The notes under the pieces are model-generated. The model was not told where the DNA came from, did not search any database, and was given only the letters and a program-made list of their open reading frames with translations. This document shows, one piece after another, positions 1-12,160 of a stretch of DNA of 64,000 nt. The stretch is from Octopus bimaculoides (lineage: Eukaryota): assembly GCF_001194135.2 (NCBI RefSeq), contig NC_068983.1, positions 149,390,828 to 149,454,827 on the forward strand. The letters are read 5' to 3'. Each line of letters starts with the position of its first letter. Positions within the stretch are counted from its first letter, which is position 1. The position numbers and the translations under genes were made by a program.

Positions 1-145
1 TTAATAAAATATGGGAAAAGCTGGAGATGAATGTTTTGAAAACATTCTGAACTATCTTTCAGAATGGTTTACTTTTCAATGAAATGTCATTTTGTTATTT
101 TTCATGTTTTTATTCAATTAATCTGCAATTTTCTTCTTGTATTAG

Positions 146-353
146 ATGGATAACCCACCCTCCATTTACAGCAAGTAGCGAGCATCTCGTTTTTTACCTG
201 TGTGCTAAATTTGACTACTTACGACTAACACGGGCGCATGTGCAAATTTGTGACATGCACACTTCCAGAACTCGGATCCACACTTCTCCAGTAGTGCCAA
301 ATTTTGAAACTGAGTTTGCACCCCAGAAGCAAATTTTGTTCCCGGGCCACTGA
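146..353 (+). CDS. Probable terminal coding exon of an upstream gene, product unidentified (..WITHPPFTASSEHLVFYLCAKFDYLRLTRAHVQICD...QKQILFPGH*)
   Basis: Long pyrimidine tract ending ttcttcttgtattAG at 144-145. Only one frame stays open, to TGA at 351-353. Locally higher GC, followed by (CT)n and AT-rich UTR-like sequence. No protein family recognised. Confidence 0.45.
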
Positions 354-494
354 CCTTTGTATACAACACTATGCCTTGGCATTCCTTCTTTCCCTTCTCT
401 GTGAATGTTGCCATCTCCTCCACCAATCACCTGAAACTCCAATCACTATAACTCCTCCTCCTGCATCCCATATTTCAATTTTCTTTCTCATTCA

Positions 495-496
<2 letters not shown>

Positions 497-560
<64 letters not shown>
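497..560. repeat. (CT)n microsatellite
   Basis: Perfect dinucleotide run. Confidence 0.98.
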
Positions 561-562
<2 letters not shown>

Positions 563-678
563 TATATATCTTTTGTGACAAATGGCTCATCTAAGGGGCC
601 AACACAGAATGCACATTATATACTTAGATACATGTAATATTTTTAATTAATATAATGATTTAATTTTTAAAAATGTAA

Positions 679-880
679 AGTGGGTGAGCTGGCAGAATCA
701 TTAGCATGCCAGTCAGAATGCTTAGCAGCATTTCGTCCATCTTTATGTTCTGAGTTTAAATTCCATCAAGGTCAACTTTAACCGTTCATCCTTTTGGGGT
801 CAATAAAATAAGTACCAGTTGAGCACTGGGTTGATGTAATAAACTTGCCCCTTGTACCAAAATTTGATACCAATTTTAAA
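679..880 (+). mobile_element. tRNA-derived SINE with Meta-domain-like body
   Basis: GGTGAGCTGGCAGAATCATTAGC head; GGTCAACTTT..TTCATCCTTTTGGGGTCAATAAAATAAGTACCAG core, repeated many times in the window. Confidence 0.8.
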
Positions 881-1723
881 AAATGTAAATGTTGCTTCAT
901 TTAGTGAGTCTATTTTGGTTTCACCAACATTTTAATGTTTGGATTTAAATTACTAAAAATAGCAAAAGAATTCTTCAAATTCAGTCAGTCATGACTTAAT
1001 TTTGTTTGGTTTTTTTTTTTTTGTCAGTTTTGGGGATGAAAGCATTAACTCACATATGTTTATTATTTCAAAATGTCTGATGTAACTCTGGACAAATTTT
1101 CTTAGCTTTGAAAAATGTTCACAAAGCAATAATGATCAATAGAAATTGTGTTAACAGTATTTGAAATTGAGAGAGGCTCAATAATGACTTTGTTTCAAGT
1201 TAAGTTTCATTTGTATGTTACTAAGCATTTTTATGTTTTTATTCTTATCTATTTTTTGACTAAGTGAAAATGAATTTATAAAAACAAGTATGGAATCTTC
1301 TTTGTTAGTAAAATTGTGAACATGACTTGCAATAATCTGGGTTTGTTTTCATTTTCAACATATTTTGTAGAATTACTATTGTCACTTTAAAAGTGCAGAA
1401 ACTGGTTCAAATTTTCATTTTCTAGCTGAAAAGTTTGAATTTCATCTGGAATGCATTGATATCATTTACTAAACTAGGAAACAATTTTGCTCTTGTCCTA
1501 CAATTAGATCATTTGGCTGAATAGTTACATAATCTAAAAATGCTAAATCAAATAGCCAGTTATTATCACTTATTCTACAGGCAGCTTATTTTTCCCTTCT
1601 AGGAAATTTCAAACAGTATTTTTCAGTTTCCTAAATTTACCCTGAACCCATCCTCTTGAAACCCAGCATGCTTCACAATGGAGGACAAGATGAACATATT
1701 CCAAATCTAATATTTTGCAGTTT

Positions 1724-1937
1724 CAAGGTGGTGAGCTGACACTCGTTACCACACCAGATAGAATGCTTAGCAGCATTTTGTCCATCTTTACATTCTGAGT
1801 TCAAATTCTGCCGAGGTCAACTTTGCCTTTCATTTTTTCAGGTTGATAAAATAAGTACCAGTTGAGTAGTGGTGTCAATGTAATTGACGTACCCAACTCC
1901 CCTGAAATTACTAGCCTTGTGCTAAAGTTTGAAACCA
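1724..1937 (+). mobile_element. tRNA-derived SINE, Meta-like family
   Basis: Same head and core as 679-880 (TTCTGAGTTCAAATTCTGCCGAGGTCAACTTTGCCTTTCAT...ATAAGTACCAGTTG). Confidence 0.85.
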
Positions 1938-2077
1938 ATATTTTGCAATTTCTCTGAATTCTTATCTATTTAAAGTTCTTGCTCTAATTTTATTTATACT
2001 TTTCCCAAGCATTCACATAATATGCTGCAAGTTTGAAGTTTTTCTGCACAGTGTATAATGCAGCAATACTTTGGTAC

Positions 2078-2870
2078 CTCGGTTGCCAAACTTTTTCAAA
2101 ATTTTCATCCTATGGACCCCCACCCCAAAATGAAAACATCAGAGAAGACAAAAAAAGCAAAATGATCTTGTATAAAGTAATATTTCATGAGATAAAATTT
2201 TACTGATAAAATAAAAATTTCAACGAGAGGGGTGTCATCCAGTTTATTGCAAGCCTTTACTTTAATTGCGAGTAAAGTTGCAAAAACCGTCTTACATTCG
2301 TATGTTGTTGTGAATGGAACAATGAATTTGAGGGTTAATTTGGCAATATCTGGATAGGACTGCGTCATTTCAGTCCAGAACTCACTGCGACACATGTTAC
2401 GGAAGGCGCTTTTTGCACTTCTGTCATTCAGCAAGTCAATGAACTATTCTTGGATGACATAATCTTCTGACGGAAAGTCAACAACAGATTGCAAAGGGAT
2501 TGGTGATGAAATGGTAAACTTTTTCAAAGTTTTGTAAGTCAGGGAAGTATCTTTGAACTTCAGTATAAACAATTAAGACATGCTGTTTCATTATGTCGAG
2601 GATGTCAGCATCAACTCAAATGCCATCTTCATCAAAGAAAGTATTGAGGTTTGGAAATGGTGCAAAATTCTCACATTCCAGTTTAGAATGCTACAAATGG
2701 AGCTTCATTTTAAATGTAGTCATTTTTTCATGACAGTGGACTTCAGGGTCAAATGACTTGAACAATTATGGCCATTCCCCTCAAACATTCTCTTTTGAAT
2801 CGCACATTATGAACTACTTCTTCAATTGGTTTTCTAGTGTCCTGTCAAGCCAACCATTTCTGCTCTGAGA
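2078..2870 (-). mobile_element. hAT (Charlie/SPIN-like) transposase remnant, C-terminal part with dimerisation domain
   Basis: Minus-strand translation FW..M..YP.IA..LKF.VPF.TTYEC...F..L..IK.K..N.LD and KM..FK.KL.L...NF..FP.L...YFP...I.NPF, with stops. hAT-type terminus GGTTGCCAAACTTTTT near 2081. Confidence 0.85.
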
Positions 2871-2894
2871 TTAAAAACTAGTTAAATTAAACCT

Positions 2895-3232
2895 TCTGGG
2901 TTCAGTCTCATTGCATGGCACTCTGGGCAAGTGTTTTAACTACAGCCTCAGGCCAACCAAAGCCATGTGAGTGGATTTGGTAGGCGGAAACTGAAAGACA
3001 CCCATTGTATATATATATATGTCTGTGCATGTGTGTGTCTTTGTGTCTGTGTTTATCTGCCATCACCACTCAACAACTGGTGTTGGTTTGTGTCTGTCCC
3101 TGCAACTTAGCAGTTTGGCAAAGGAGATCAGCAAAATAAGTACCAGGTTTGAAAAAAGTACTGGGGTTCATTTGTTTGACTGGATTTCTTCAAGGTGGTG
3201 CCCTAGCATGACTGAAACAAGTAAAAGTTATT
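2895..3232 (+). mobile_element. tRNA-derived SINE with CORE-like segment and internal TG/TA microsatellite (octopus OK/OR-type)
   Basis: GGCACTCTGGGCAAGTG..GGCCAACCAAAGCC..GTGGATTTGGTAG..GGAAACTGAAAG, tail TGACTGAAACAAGTAAAAG. Confidence 0.85.
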
Positions 3233-3244
3233 TTAGTCTCACAG

Positions 3245-3362
3245 TGAAAGATTGTTTTTCATACACTGTTCACTTTCTTGACTTTTGTACTTACTTCTAT
3301 GTACTTTACATGCATCTTTGATGAGTTGTAGTGCACCTGAGCACTATACACAATAAACCTAT
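3245..3362 (+). mobile_element. 3' tail fragment of a CR1/L2-group LINE
   Basis: Reverse complement of the tail at 45893-46010 and 40170-40290 (GATGAGTTGTAGTGCACCTGAGCACTATACACAATAA). Confidence 0.65.
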
Positions 3363-3635
3363 TGTAAACCTTTGTGAATTCTTATACTTTCTTATCTTTG
3401 TTACAACTTCATTTCATTATCGTTTGCAGTTGAGTCAGGTACTCAGTACAAAAGCATTTTCAGATTACCTTCTTAGCACTTCTGCAAACAGATGTCAGTT
3501 ATATAGTGCTCCCACTTTTTAAACTGGTGATTTGAACTTACTCCTGGTATTTATCTATATTACATAGATGTGTCAGTGCTATTTAAGTACCTTGGGGAGC
3601 TATGATTCTCATATCTATATGGTTTAGATTCTTTT

Positions 3636-4030
3636 ATTTTTTACTTGTTTCAATCATTAGACTGTGGCCATGCTGGGGCACTGTCTCGAAGAATTTTACT
3701 TGAATGAATTAACCCCAGTACTTATTTTTATAAAGCCTGGTTTATTCTATCGGTCTCTTTTGCTGAACTGATAAGTCATTAGGACATAAACACACCAACA
3801 CCAGTTGTCACATAGTAGTGGGGGACAAACACAGACACAAAGACACACACATAAACACATACACATATACGACAGGCTTCTTTCAGTTTCTATCTACGAA
3901 ATCCACTCTCTAGGCTTTTGTGTGCCCAAGCTCTAGTAGATGACACTTGCCTGAGGCACCATGCAGTGGGACTGAACCCAGAACCATGTAGTTGGGAAGC
4001 AAGCTTCTTACCACAAAGCCACGCCTGTGT
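3636..4030 (-). mobile_element. CORE-like tRNA SINE, near full length
   Basis: Reverse complement of the family at 2895, including head (GTGGTAAGAAGCTTGCTTCCCAAC..GGTTCAGTCCCACTG). Confidence 0.9.
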
Positions 4031-4825
4031 TGTTTCCAAAACTTAATTAACTTGTCAGTTTTTTTGTTGTACTCTTTCGTTAATTATTTATCTTCAGTCT
4101 GTAGCATCAAGTCAGAGCTTATCCTGGTTGCTATGGTGTACAAGTGATCAATAGCACAATACTCCCCCACCTGAAACAAATGCCAGTTTATTATTTATAA
4201 CAAATTACAGAAACCTTATGTTATATTGTAATCGCAAGAAATGTGACAGTGTTTAGTTTACATATGGCATAAGCTACTTTTAAAACAACAATTAATATTT
4301 AATTTCTGTCGAGATTTATCTACCTGTATACTAATATCTGTTGTAACTGCTTCTCAGATTTAGTACTAGCAAATTAGTTTGTTTTTTTTTTTAATTTTTT
4401 TTTAATCTGAACTTAACTGAATAGCTTTGTTTATATTCATGTAAATGAGCTGATTAGTTTAGCATGCACCTGAAATAAGGTTAAAAGCTTAAGCTTAGTT
4501 AATCTTTATTATCATAGTTGTTGTTATTTTTTTCTATGATTGAAAATGTATGAAAATTGTAATCTCTTTAATTAACATTAATATATATAATTGCTCTGAG
4601 TATTTTAATCTAGCATATTATGACATAAAAGTATATTGCTTCAGTTAATAATTGATGTTTAGAGTCCGGTTTTAATTAAGCAATCTTAATGAATATTTCA
4701 AGTCTTGATTTCTTGGAAGTTTTATATCATTGTCATTGCAATAAAACTAAGATTCCATGTACCAATTTTTCCCCTTTTTTTTTTTTTTTAATTTTTTTTT
4801 TTTTTGAGTGAACAAAATCATATTG

Positions 4826-5290
4826 ACAGGCTACAGACATAGCTGTATGATTAAGAAGTTCACTTCATAATCAATTGGTTCCTGGTTTTATCTTGCTGCA
4901 TAGCACCTTAAGCAAGTATCCCCCCTTCTCATCTTTGAGCTGAATAAAACTTGGAGTAAAATTTGGTAGATGGAAGGTTTAGGGAAGCCTATAGAGTATG
5001 TGTGTACACACACACACACACACACACACCTCTAAATTGATTCTCAAAAGTGTTTAGCAATGTACTATGGTCATTTTGTCTATCATACTTATTGTGTGTG
5101 TATGTCATGTATATAGAAGAATTGATGTGTCAAACAAAAGTATCTTATGCTATCTCATTCCACTACCCATGTCCATTTTGGCTTTCTTTCTTCCTTTCTT
5201 TCTTTTGTACTTATTTGAAAAAATAAGTACCAGAAAAAGTACTTGGGTTGATAAAATCGACTAAAACCCTTGAAACCAGTGCCTTAATCA
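4826..5290 (+). mobile_element. CORE-like tRNA SINE, degraded
   Basis: Degenerate head, CORE-like segment, (CA)n and AATAAGTAC..AAGTACTTGGGTTGAT tail. Confidence 0.65.
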
Positions 5291-6167
5291 AGGGCATTTA
5301 TGAAATGAATTCAACAGAAGTTGAAATCTTACAATGATTCTTTACTGTTTACTCTAAGAGACATGTCATTGAGTAATTAAATAACTTCCAACCTATTTGA
5401 TTACTGAATTATAAATGAATGAAATATTAATCTTAATTTAGCACAAGACTTTTAAGTTATGAGTGAATGGGAAGCTTTACAGTTGATCTGAGAGAAGATT
5501 AATTATTCCATCCCGATTACTCATACTAAGTATTTAATAATACGTTTTGGGAACTTTGTTATTGGTAGCTCTGTAAGAAGGAATTGGTATTCAAACCATC
5601 AGATTTCAAAAGTTAATTGTAATTTTATCAAATCAGTCTCAAAAATTTTTAGCTACAGAATTTAATTGATGAAATTTCAATGGTTTTTAATTAATGTTTT
5701 TTAGCATGTGTTAAGGATTGTGTTAAATAGATTATCACAATTCCATTAAATCACACCCTAAAAGTTTTTTTAGCTTCAAAAGTTCAACTAATGAATTTAA
5801 AAAAAAAAAAAAATCATCCCTTTCCAAGAACAGTAAATTTGGATAAATTTTCTGAAACAACAAATTTGATTTTTTGACTTCTATAATGTTAACATGATTA
5901 TATCTACAAACAAAAGTACATATGCATACACATCTTGTCTTTCAGTATATAGGAAAAATTCCTTCTGAATCAGCTAACATCTATTAGATATAGTCTGAAC
6001 ATTTACATATTTAGTACTGATATTTTAGCTACTAAATTTTGTTCCTTCTATATTTTGTAACCAGCAATATAACTGAAGTTTAGTAAATTATAGTTTGTTT
6101 GAGTTCAGCTGCCTCTGGCACTATACTGGGGACCTGGTAAAGTTACTTAAATCTTTTTACCAGTGTA

Positions 6168-6518
6168 CGTCGTCGTCGTCGTTTAACGTCTGCTTTCCAT
6201 GCTAGCATGGGTTGGACGATTTGACTGAGGACTGGTGAAACCAGATGGCTACACCAGGCTCCAATCTGATTTGGCAGAGTTTCTACAGCTGGATGCCCTT
6301 CCTAACGCCAACCACTCAGAGAGTGTAGTGGGTGCTTTTACGTGTCACCCGCACGAAGGCCAGTCAGGCGGTACTGGCAACGGCCACGCTCATCTCGCTC
6401 GAGAAACCTCATGTGTCACCCACACAAGAGCCAGCCCAGGGGCACCGGCAACGATCCCGCTCGAAAATCCTACATAAAACCCCACACAAGAGCCAGCTCA
6501 GGGGCACTGGCAACGATC
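6168..6518 (-). mobile_element. Young RTE-tailed non-autonomous element (RTE 3' end derivative), (GAC)n tail
   Basis: Minus strand GGTTGGCGTTAGGAAGGGCATCCAGC...CCATGCTAGCATGGAAAGCAGACGTTAAACGACGACG; modular internal repeats. Confidence 0.9.
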
Positions 6519-6598
6519 ATTTTAAATAGACAGTTCACTGCTTTGAGTAACGGATGCATTGTCTAAGTGTTATGTGTAAAGTTCATATCTTTCTTCAG

Positions 6599-6682
6599 GT
6601 TCCAGAGAAAGCAGTTGAAAACAACTTAAAGTATTCTCTTGAATCTATTTCAAAAAGACAATCTCCAGTGATGTCTCAATAA
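6599..6682 (+). other. Possible exon start (VPEKAVENNLKYSLESISKRQSPVMSQ*)
   Basis: Good acceptor atctttcttcAG at 6597-6598; 27 codons open; no other support. Confidence 0.2.
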
Positions 6683-6939
6683 CCCAAAACAGTCACAGGA
6701 CATAACCTACATATATGTAATGATATAATGGACAAGTGGTTAAATTTCTAGATTACTGATTTTCTATCCCTACCCTAAAAATGTAGCAATTCTACTATCT
6801 GCAAAGCACTATACTCTTCATGTGTCTATTTATCTCAATTGACTTGGTTGAAAAATTATTACTTTTCTAATTGTATAGTTAGGGTAGCCATTTATAAAAT
6901 AAAACATCTGCAGCAAAGCAATTTTACTAAATTTGTCAG

Positions 6940-7145
6940 AACCATCTGTGTATGTGTGTCCTGGTGTTGGTTTGTTTACACCTCAGTAACTTAGTAGTTC
7001 AACAAAAGAAATCAATAGAATAAGAACCAGGCCTTAAAAATATGTACTAATGTATTAGGGTTGGTTCATTCAGCTAAAACCCTTCAAAGTGGTACCCCAA
7101 CATTGCTGCAGTCAAATGACTGGAACAAGTAAAAGATAAAAGATA
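6940..7145 (+). mobile_element. CORE-like SINE, 3' half
   Basis: GGTGTTGGTTTGTTTAC..AATAAGAACCAGGC..CAGTCAAATGACTGGAACAAGTAAAAGATAAAAG. Confidence 0.75.
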
Positions 7146-8159
7146 AATCTTAGAGTAATAAAATGCCAAGTTAACACATAAGGTTTGAACCAAAAAAGCA
7201 TATGCTTTCAAATGTTTTTCAGCAAGTTAAAATTCTGGTGCTGTTACCACTGTGCTAACCTGTCCTAATCCACTTGAATCTAAACTGTGGAAAATAGATG
7301 TTTTCATTCTGTCTGCACTCCTCAGCTAAGGCTTTCAATTAGATAACTAGATTTATTTACATTATACATATTTTAGGTATTCTGATCTATGCTGTGTTCT
7401 GCATAAATATGCACCAGATGAAAATCTGTTTGAGAGCATAAAATAAGATTGAATAATGTAGTTATATGCTGAAGTCATTTTGTAGAAGTGAAATTTAGGT
7501 CATGAATTCCTATCTAGTTGCTTCAGCTTACAAGCTATAAAAAACACAACCATAATGAATGACTCACAAGACACTATTCCTTTAAAATAATAAATAATGT
7601 TCCAGAAAATCAGCTTATATCTCATAAAGTCAGTGTTTGAGTTACTGGCAAGTGATGGCTCAAGAAAACACTGGCCAAAACTGAAGTGTGTTGCTTAAAG
7701 CCATTGAATATAGTAATTTCTTTGGATATACTGGCTGCAAAAAAACTGACCTCCTATCAAAGAATTGTTTTCATTCGCTAGGTTTTTTTTTTTTTATATT
7801 TGTCCTTTGCAGTTCTACCGATTTTCCTAATTTTGATTTTTTTTTTTGCCATACCAAAAAACCCTAAACAAAGGAGTTTCTACCTTAGCAATCTCCAGTC
7901 TTTTCTCATTGTGACCCATCAGTTATCTTCCATGACAGTTTTTAAATATTTATTTAAATATAATTCTCCAGAAATACCATGACTGCAATCCAAGTAAAAC
8001 CAGTAAAAAAAAAATAAGAGTAGTGTGCAATTGGCTCTTTTCTTGGGGAAATAATCCTCAGCTTTTGTCATAAATGTGGGTTATTCATGAACATTTTATA
8101 TTTTGTCACATATTTCAAAAGATGAGGTTTTGTCTTCATGACTAATAGGTTGGGAATTG

Positions 8160-8580
8160 CTGCTCTACATGTTCACTTGACATGCTAGAAATAACAGCCA
8201 AATCTCACTCAAAAGTGCATTGTAACCATCTTAAAGAAAGAATACAGATAATGTAGTACTACATATTCATAAAAACGATGGATGTCATAATTGAAATACC
8301 TTTAACCCTTTAGCATTTGAACTGACCCATATCCAACCCAAATATTCTATATGTTTTATGTTAAAACCAGCCAGATCAAACCTCTCACACCTGCCCTACA
8401 ACATCATTCTAAAAATAAACAATCACATCATTGAAATCTCAAAACCACAAGTTAATGCATGATTAATACAAAACAATGTGAAGAAATAAGCATTCTATTT
8501 GACAGAGTAATCTGAACGCGAAAGGGTTAATTATTAGTCAGCTCAGTTAGGGCTATCCTGAGGTGAAACAACTACAACCA
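8160..8580 (+). mobile_element. Unclassified interspersed family ('family D', AAC-tailed), interrupted by a piggyBac-type MITE
   Basis: CTTGACATGCTAGAAATAACAGCCAAATCTC...CAGCTCAGTTAGGGCT..TGAGGTGAAACAAC, shared with roughly ten other loci in the window. Confidence 0.6.
8302..8530. mobile_element. piggyBac-type MITE
   Basis: TTAA at 8302-8305 and 8527-8530; terminal inverted repeats CCCTTT(A/C)GC(A/G)TT. Confidence 0.85.
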
Positions 8581-9056
8581 GTCTTCACGGGAGAGTTGTG
8601 ATAAAAAAAAATCAACCCCCAGTGAATTATAGGCATTTATTTAATCATCTTCATGGGAATGAAAGGTAAAGTTAGTTATGTTGACTTTGTGAGGTAAGAT
8701 TAAACACTGTGAAGTATTTAGTCATATACTGTGCCATTTCTGCCAAATTGCTGCCCTCATTCTTGCTAATATTTGACTAGTAGCTACTTGACTAATAGGA
8801 TTTACTGCACTTCTTAGATATATTTCAGTCTGTTCATCATATTAATTCATGCCTCAGTTACCTATTGCAGCTCATTGTGTTTTTAATTATTGCATCAATC
8901 AATTAGAAGGTGAGGGATAAAAATTAGAAAGCTATATCTATTGAAAGTAGGATCAACAAGAAATAATTAAGAGACTGTCATTTTTAAATTACTTCTTTGA
9001 TACTTCTGCACTTGAATGAACTAGATTTTTATTATCGCAATATTATAACTTTCTAA

Positions 9057-9200
9057 TTTAGACACAAGGCCAACAGTTTTGGCAGGAAAGGGGTTAGTCA
9101 ATATAACCAACTCCATTACTTGACTGTGTTTTATTTTATTAATCCCGAAAGAATGAAAAAGCAAAGTTGACCTTGCTAAGATTTGAGCTCAGGTTGTAAA
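9057..9200 (-). mobile_element. Meta-like SINE, 3' part
   Basis: ACAAGGCC..GTCAAT..TTTATTAATCCCGAAAGAATGAAA..AAAGTTGACCTTG. Confidence 0.7.
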
Positions 9201-9399
9201 GAGCCCAAAGAAATAATGAAAGGCATTTTTTTAGGATGTTCTTATGACTCTGTCAGCTTTCTCCCATATATTTTACCATTACGACTGATTATTCTCTTTG
9301 AAAAGAAAAGTATGTATGTATGCACACTCACACAGACACTCACATGCATGCGCACACACACACACGCACACACACATGCATGCATGCACTACTCCCCAC

Positions 9400-9590
9400 C
9401 TCAGTAGAGGGATCTTGCCTCGTAGGTTACTTCATGACCTTGCTGGTGTTGGTACCATGTAAAAAGCATTCAGCACACTGTAAATTGAGTGGCATTTGGA
9501 AGGACATCCAACCATAGAAACAATGTCAAAGCTGGCTGTAGATCTTGGTGTAGTCCAGCTCACTAGTTCCTGTCAAACCATCCAATACAC
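9400..9590 (+). mobile_element. Older RTE-tailed element
   Basis: GTAAAAAGCATTCAGCACACTGT..GTGGCATTTGGAAGGACATCC..TGTCAAACCATCCAA. Confidence 0.65.
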
Positions 9591-9602
9591 ACACACACAT
9601 AT

Positions 9603-9921
9603 ATCATCATCATCATCATCATCGTTTAACGTGCGCTTTCCATGCTAGCATGGGTTGGACGATTTGACTGAGGACTGGTGAAACCGGATGGCTACACCAG
9701 GCTCCAATCTAATTTGGCAGATTTTCTACAGCTGGATGCCCTTCCTAACGCCAACCACTCAGAGAGTGTAGTGGGTGCTTTTACGTGTCACCCGCACGAA
9801 AACAGCCACGCTCGAAATGGTGTCTTTTATGTGCCACCCGCACAAGAGCCAGTCCAGGGGCACTGGCAACGATCTCGCTCGAAAACCCTACAAGGCCAGT
9901 CAGGCGGTACTGGCAACGGTC
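9603..9921 (-). mobile_element. Young RTE-tailed element running into an assembly gap
   Basis: (CAT)n GTTTAACGTG..CCATGCTAGCATGGG..GGATGCCCTTCCTAACGCCAACC. Confidence 0.92.
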
Positions 9922-10565
9922 NNNNNNNNNNNNNNNNNNNNNNNNNNNNNNNNNNNNNNNNNNNNNNNNNNNNNNNNNNNNNNNNNNNNNNNNNNNNNNN
10001 NNNNNNNNNNNNNNNNNNNNNNNNNNNNNNNNNNNNNNNNNNNNNNNNNNNNNNNNNNNNNNNNNNNNNNNNNNNNNNNNNNNNNNNNNNNNNNNNNNNN
10101 NNNNNNNNNNNNNNNNNNNNNNNNNNNNNNNNNNNNNNNNNNNNNNNNNNNNNNNNNNNNNNNNNNNNNNNNNNNNNNNNNNNNNNNNNNNNNNNNNNNN
10201 NNNNNNNNNNNNNNNNNNNNNNNNNNNNNNNNNNNNNNNNNNNNNNNNNNNNNNNNNNNNNNNNNNNNNNNNNNNNNNNNNNNNNNNNNNNNNNNNNNNN
10301 NNNNNNNNNNNNNNNNNNNNNNNNNNNNNNNNNNNNNNNNNNNNNNNNNNNNNNNNNNNNNNNNNNNNNNNNNNNNNNNNNNNNNNNNNNNNNNNNNNNN
10401 NNNNNNNNNNNNNNNNNNNNNNNNNNNNNNNNNNNNNNNNNNNNNNNNNNNNNNNNNNNNNNNNNNNNNNNNNNNNNNNNNNNNNNNNNNNNNNNNNNNN
10501 NNNNNNNNNNNNNNNNNNNNNNNNNNNNNNNNNNNNNNNNNNNNNNNNNNNNNNNNNNNNNNNNA
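9922..10565. other. Assembly gap (N run)
   Basis: Ns. Further gaps at 12303-12594, about 30658-30686, 37008-37017, 41419-41492 and 57326-57372, all in young repeats or microsatellites. Confidence 1.
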
Positions 10566-10624
10566 AAATATATTGCATACTGCTACTTCATTACTGATGA
10601 ACTAATACCAAAGAACTTCATATA

Positions 10625-10810
10625 GGTGCAGCATTATGTGCTTAAGAAGTTCACCTCACAATTGCATAGTTCCTAGTTCAATCCCACCGGAAGGTGCTTA
10701 GTGAAATGTCTTCAACTCACTTTGGGCTGACTAATATTTTGTAAATGAAATTTGAGAGGCAAAAACTGTGCAGCAGCCTATAGTGTGTGTGTGTGTGTGT
10801 GTGTGTGTGC
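10625..10810 (+). mobile_element. CORE-like SINE, 5' half, degraded
   Basis: GGTGCAGCAT..GTGCTTAAGAAGTTCAC..GTTCAATCCCAC..GTCTTC..GGGCTGAC..GAAATTTG, then (TG)n. Confidence 0.6.
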
Positions 10811-11029
10811 TTTACTTGTATCAAATTGCATCTCTTTGTCAAATTTTAATAGAGATCAATATAGTACCAATCTGGATTGAACTGTTGAGGAACTAACTAT
10901 TGGTGGTTTCCTTTGTTATGTAGTGATGTGAAGATATACTGGGGTTGCTTCCCCTTACATTTATTTGTTAAAATTTGCGTTAGTTTTACAAGCTAATGAG
11001 ATGTTTCTTTATTATAATAATGTTCTAAA

Positions 11030-11475
11030 GTGGTGCAATGATAAAGATGATAGCATACCAAACTGTGTGACTGAGTGACTTTGATATTTAATTTTGTTTC
11101 TTTACATTTTGAGTTCAAATCTTGCTGCATCAATTTAGTTTTCATCATCTGTATTTGTTGCTCAAATCCCCTTATATTCTGAGTTCCAATCCTGCTGATG
11201 TTGACTGGCTTTTATTGAAGTCAGCAAAACAGATAATGAGTACTATAGTTGAATAAACCAATTGTACCCTCATATCCCAAATTGGAAACCTTCTACCAAA
11301 TTTAGAAATCATTATTTCTAGAGCAGTGCTTTGAGGCACTTCTTTACATTCTGTGTTAAATTCCTACCAAGGGCAACTTTGCCTTTCATTCTTTCAAGAT
11401 TGTATTGGGGTTGATGTTACAGACTTGCCCCCTCCCTCAAAATTACTGTCCTTGTGCCTAAATTTAAAAAAATAT
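11030..11475 (+). mobile_element. Cluster of degraded Meta-like SINE fragments
   Basis: Three TTCTGAGTTCAAAT-type motifs, GGGCAACTTTGCCTTTCATTC and CCTTGTGCCTA tail. Confidence 0.6.
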
Positions 11476-12160
11476 TTTTGCAGTAAAAAATGCAAGAATG
11501 GCAGTGCATTTGATTAAATGTTTCACAGTGTTTATTTTCATGTGTTCATAATTGAAGTTCAAATCCCTTTGGAATAATAAAATACTAATGATATTTTGGA
11601 ATGAAATTTATCAGCTATGCTCCTCTCCTATGAAAAAATTGCTTTGTACTCATCAAAAGAATTCAGTAATAATGATTTGTTACTCAGGAATAAAGGCTCA
11701 GATTTTTAGGTGAAGAGAAGTGAGGCAACCATACTGTTTTGTACCTTTCCCAATATCATTAGTGACCTATGAGATGTGATTTGCTCTGAACTGAAACTGG
11801 ATTAGTTGACCAAGATTTTACTGCACCAAAATTCAATCTTGTTTTCTGTGTGAGATGATTCATTCATCAGTTATTAGAAGGAAAGTTATTTCTTAGGAAC
11901 TATAGAATTCTTTTACATGACATGTAAACTGTTAATGATATTTTTATGCCAAATATGAACAATAAAGAAAATCATTACATATGAAGTAAAAAGTGGAAGG
12001 AATACTGAGAATAGTCACTTAGGAAGGATCAAGGAAGTTGGACACCCTAAATGACCTCAACTCTAGACAACAGTATTATTGAACTGCAGGAAAAACTGAA
12101 GATTTATTCATCAGTGCCTACTTTTCATAAAATTCTCTGAAATAGAAAGTGATAAATATG

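Noticed and set aside
6235-6477. Recurrent ORF MKPDGYTRLQSDLAEFLQLDALPNANHSE (also at 9678, 19491, 25208)
   Set aside because: Translation of the repeat's non-coding tail, not a gene family.
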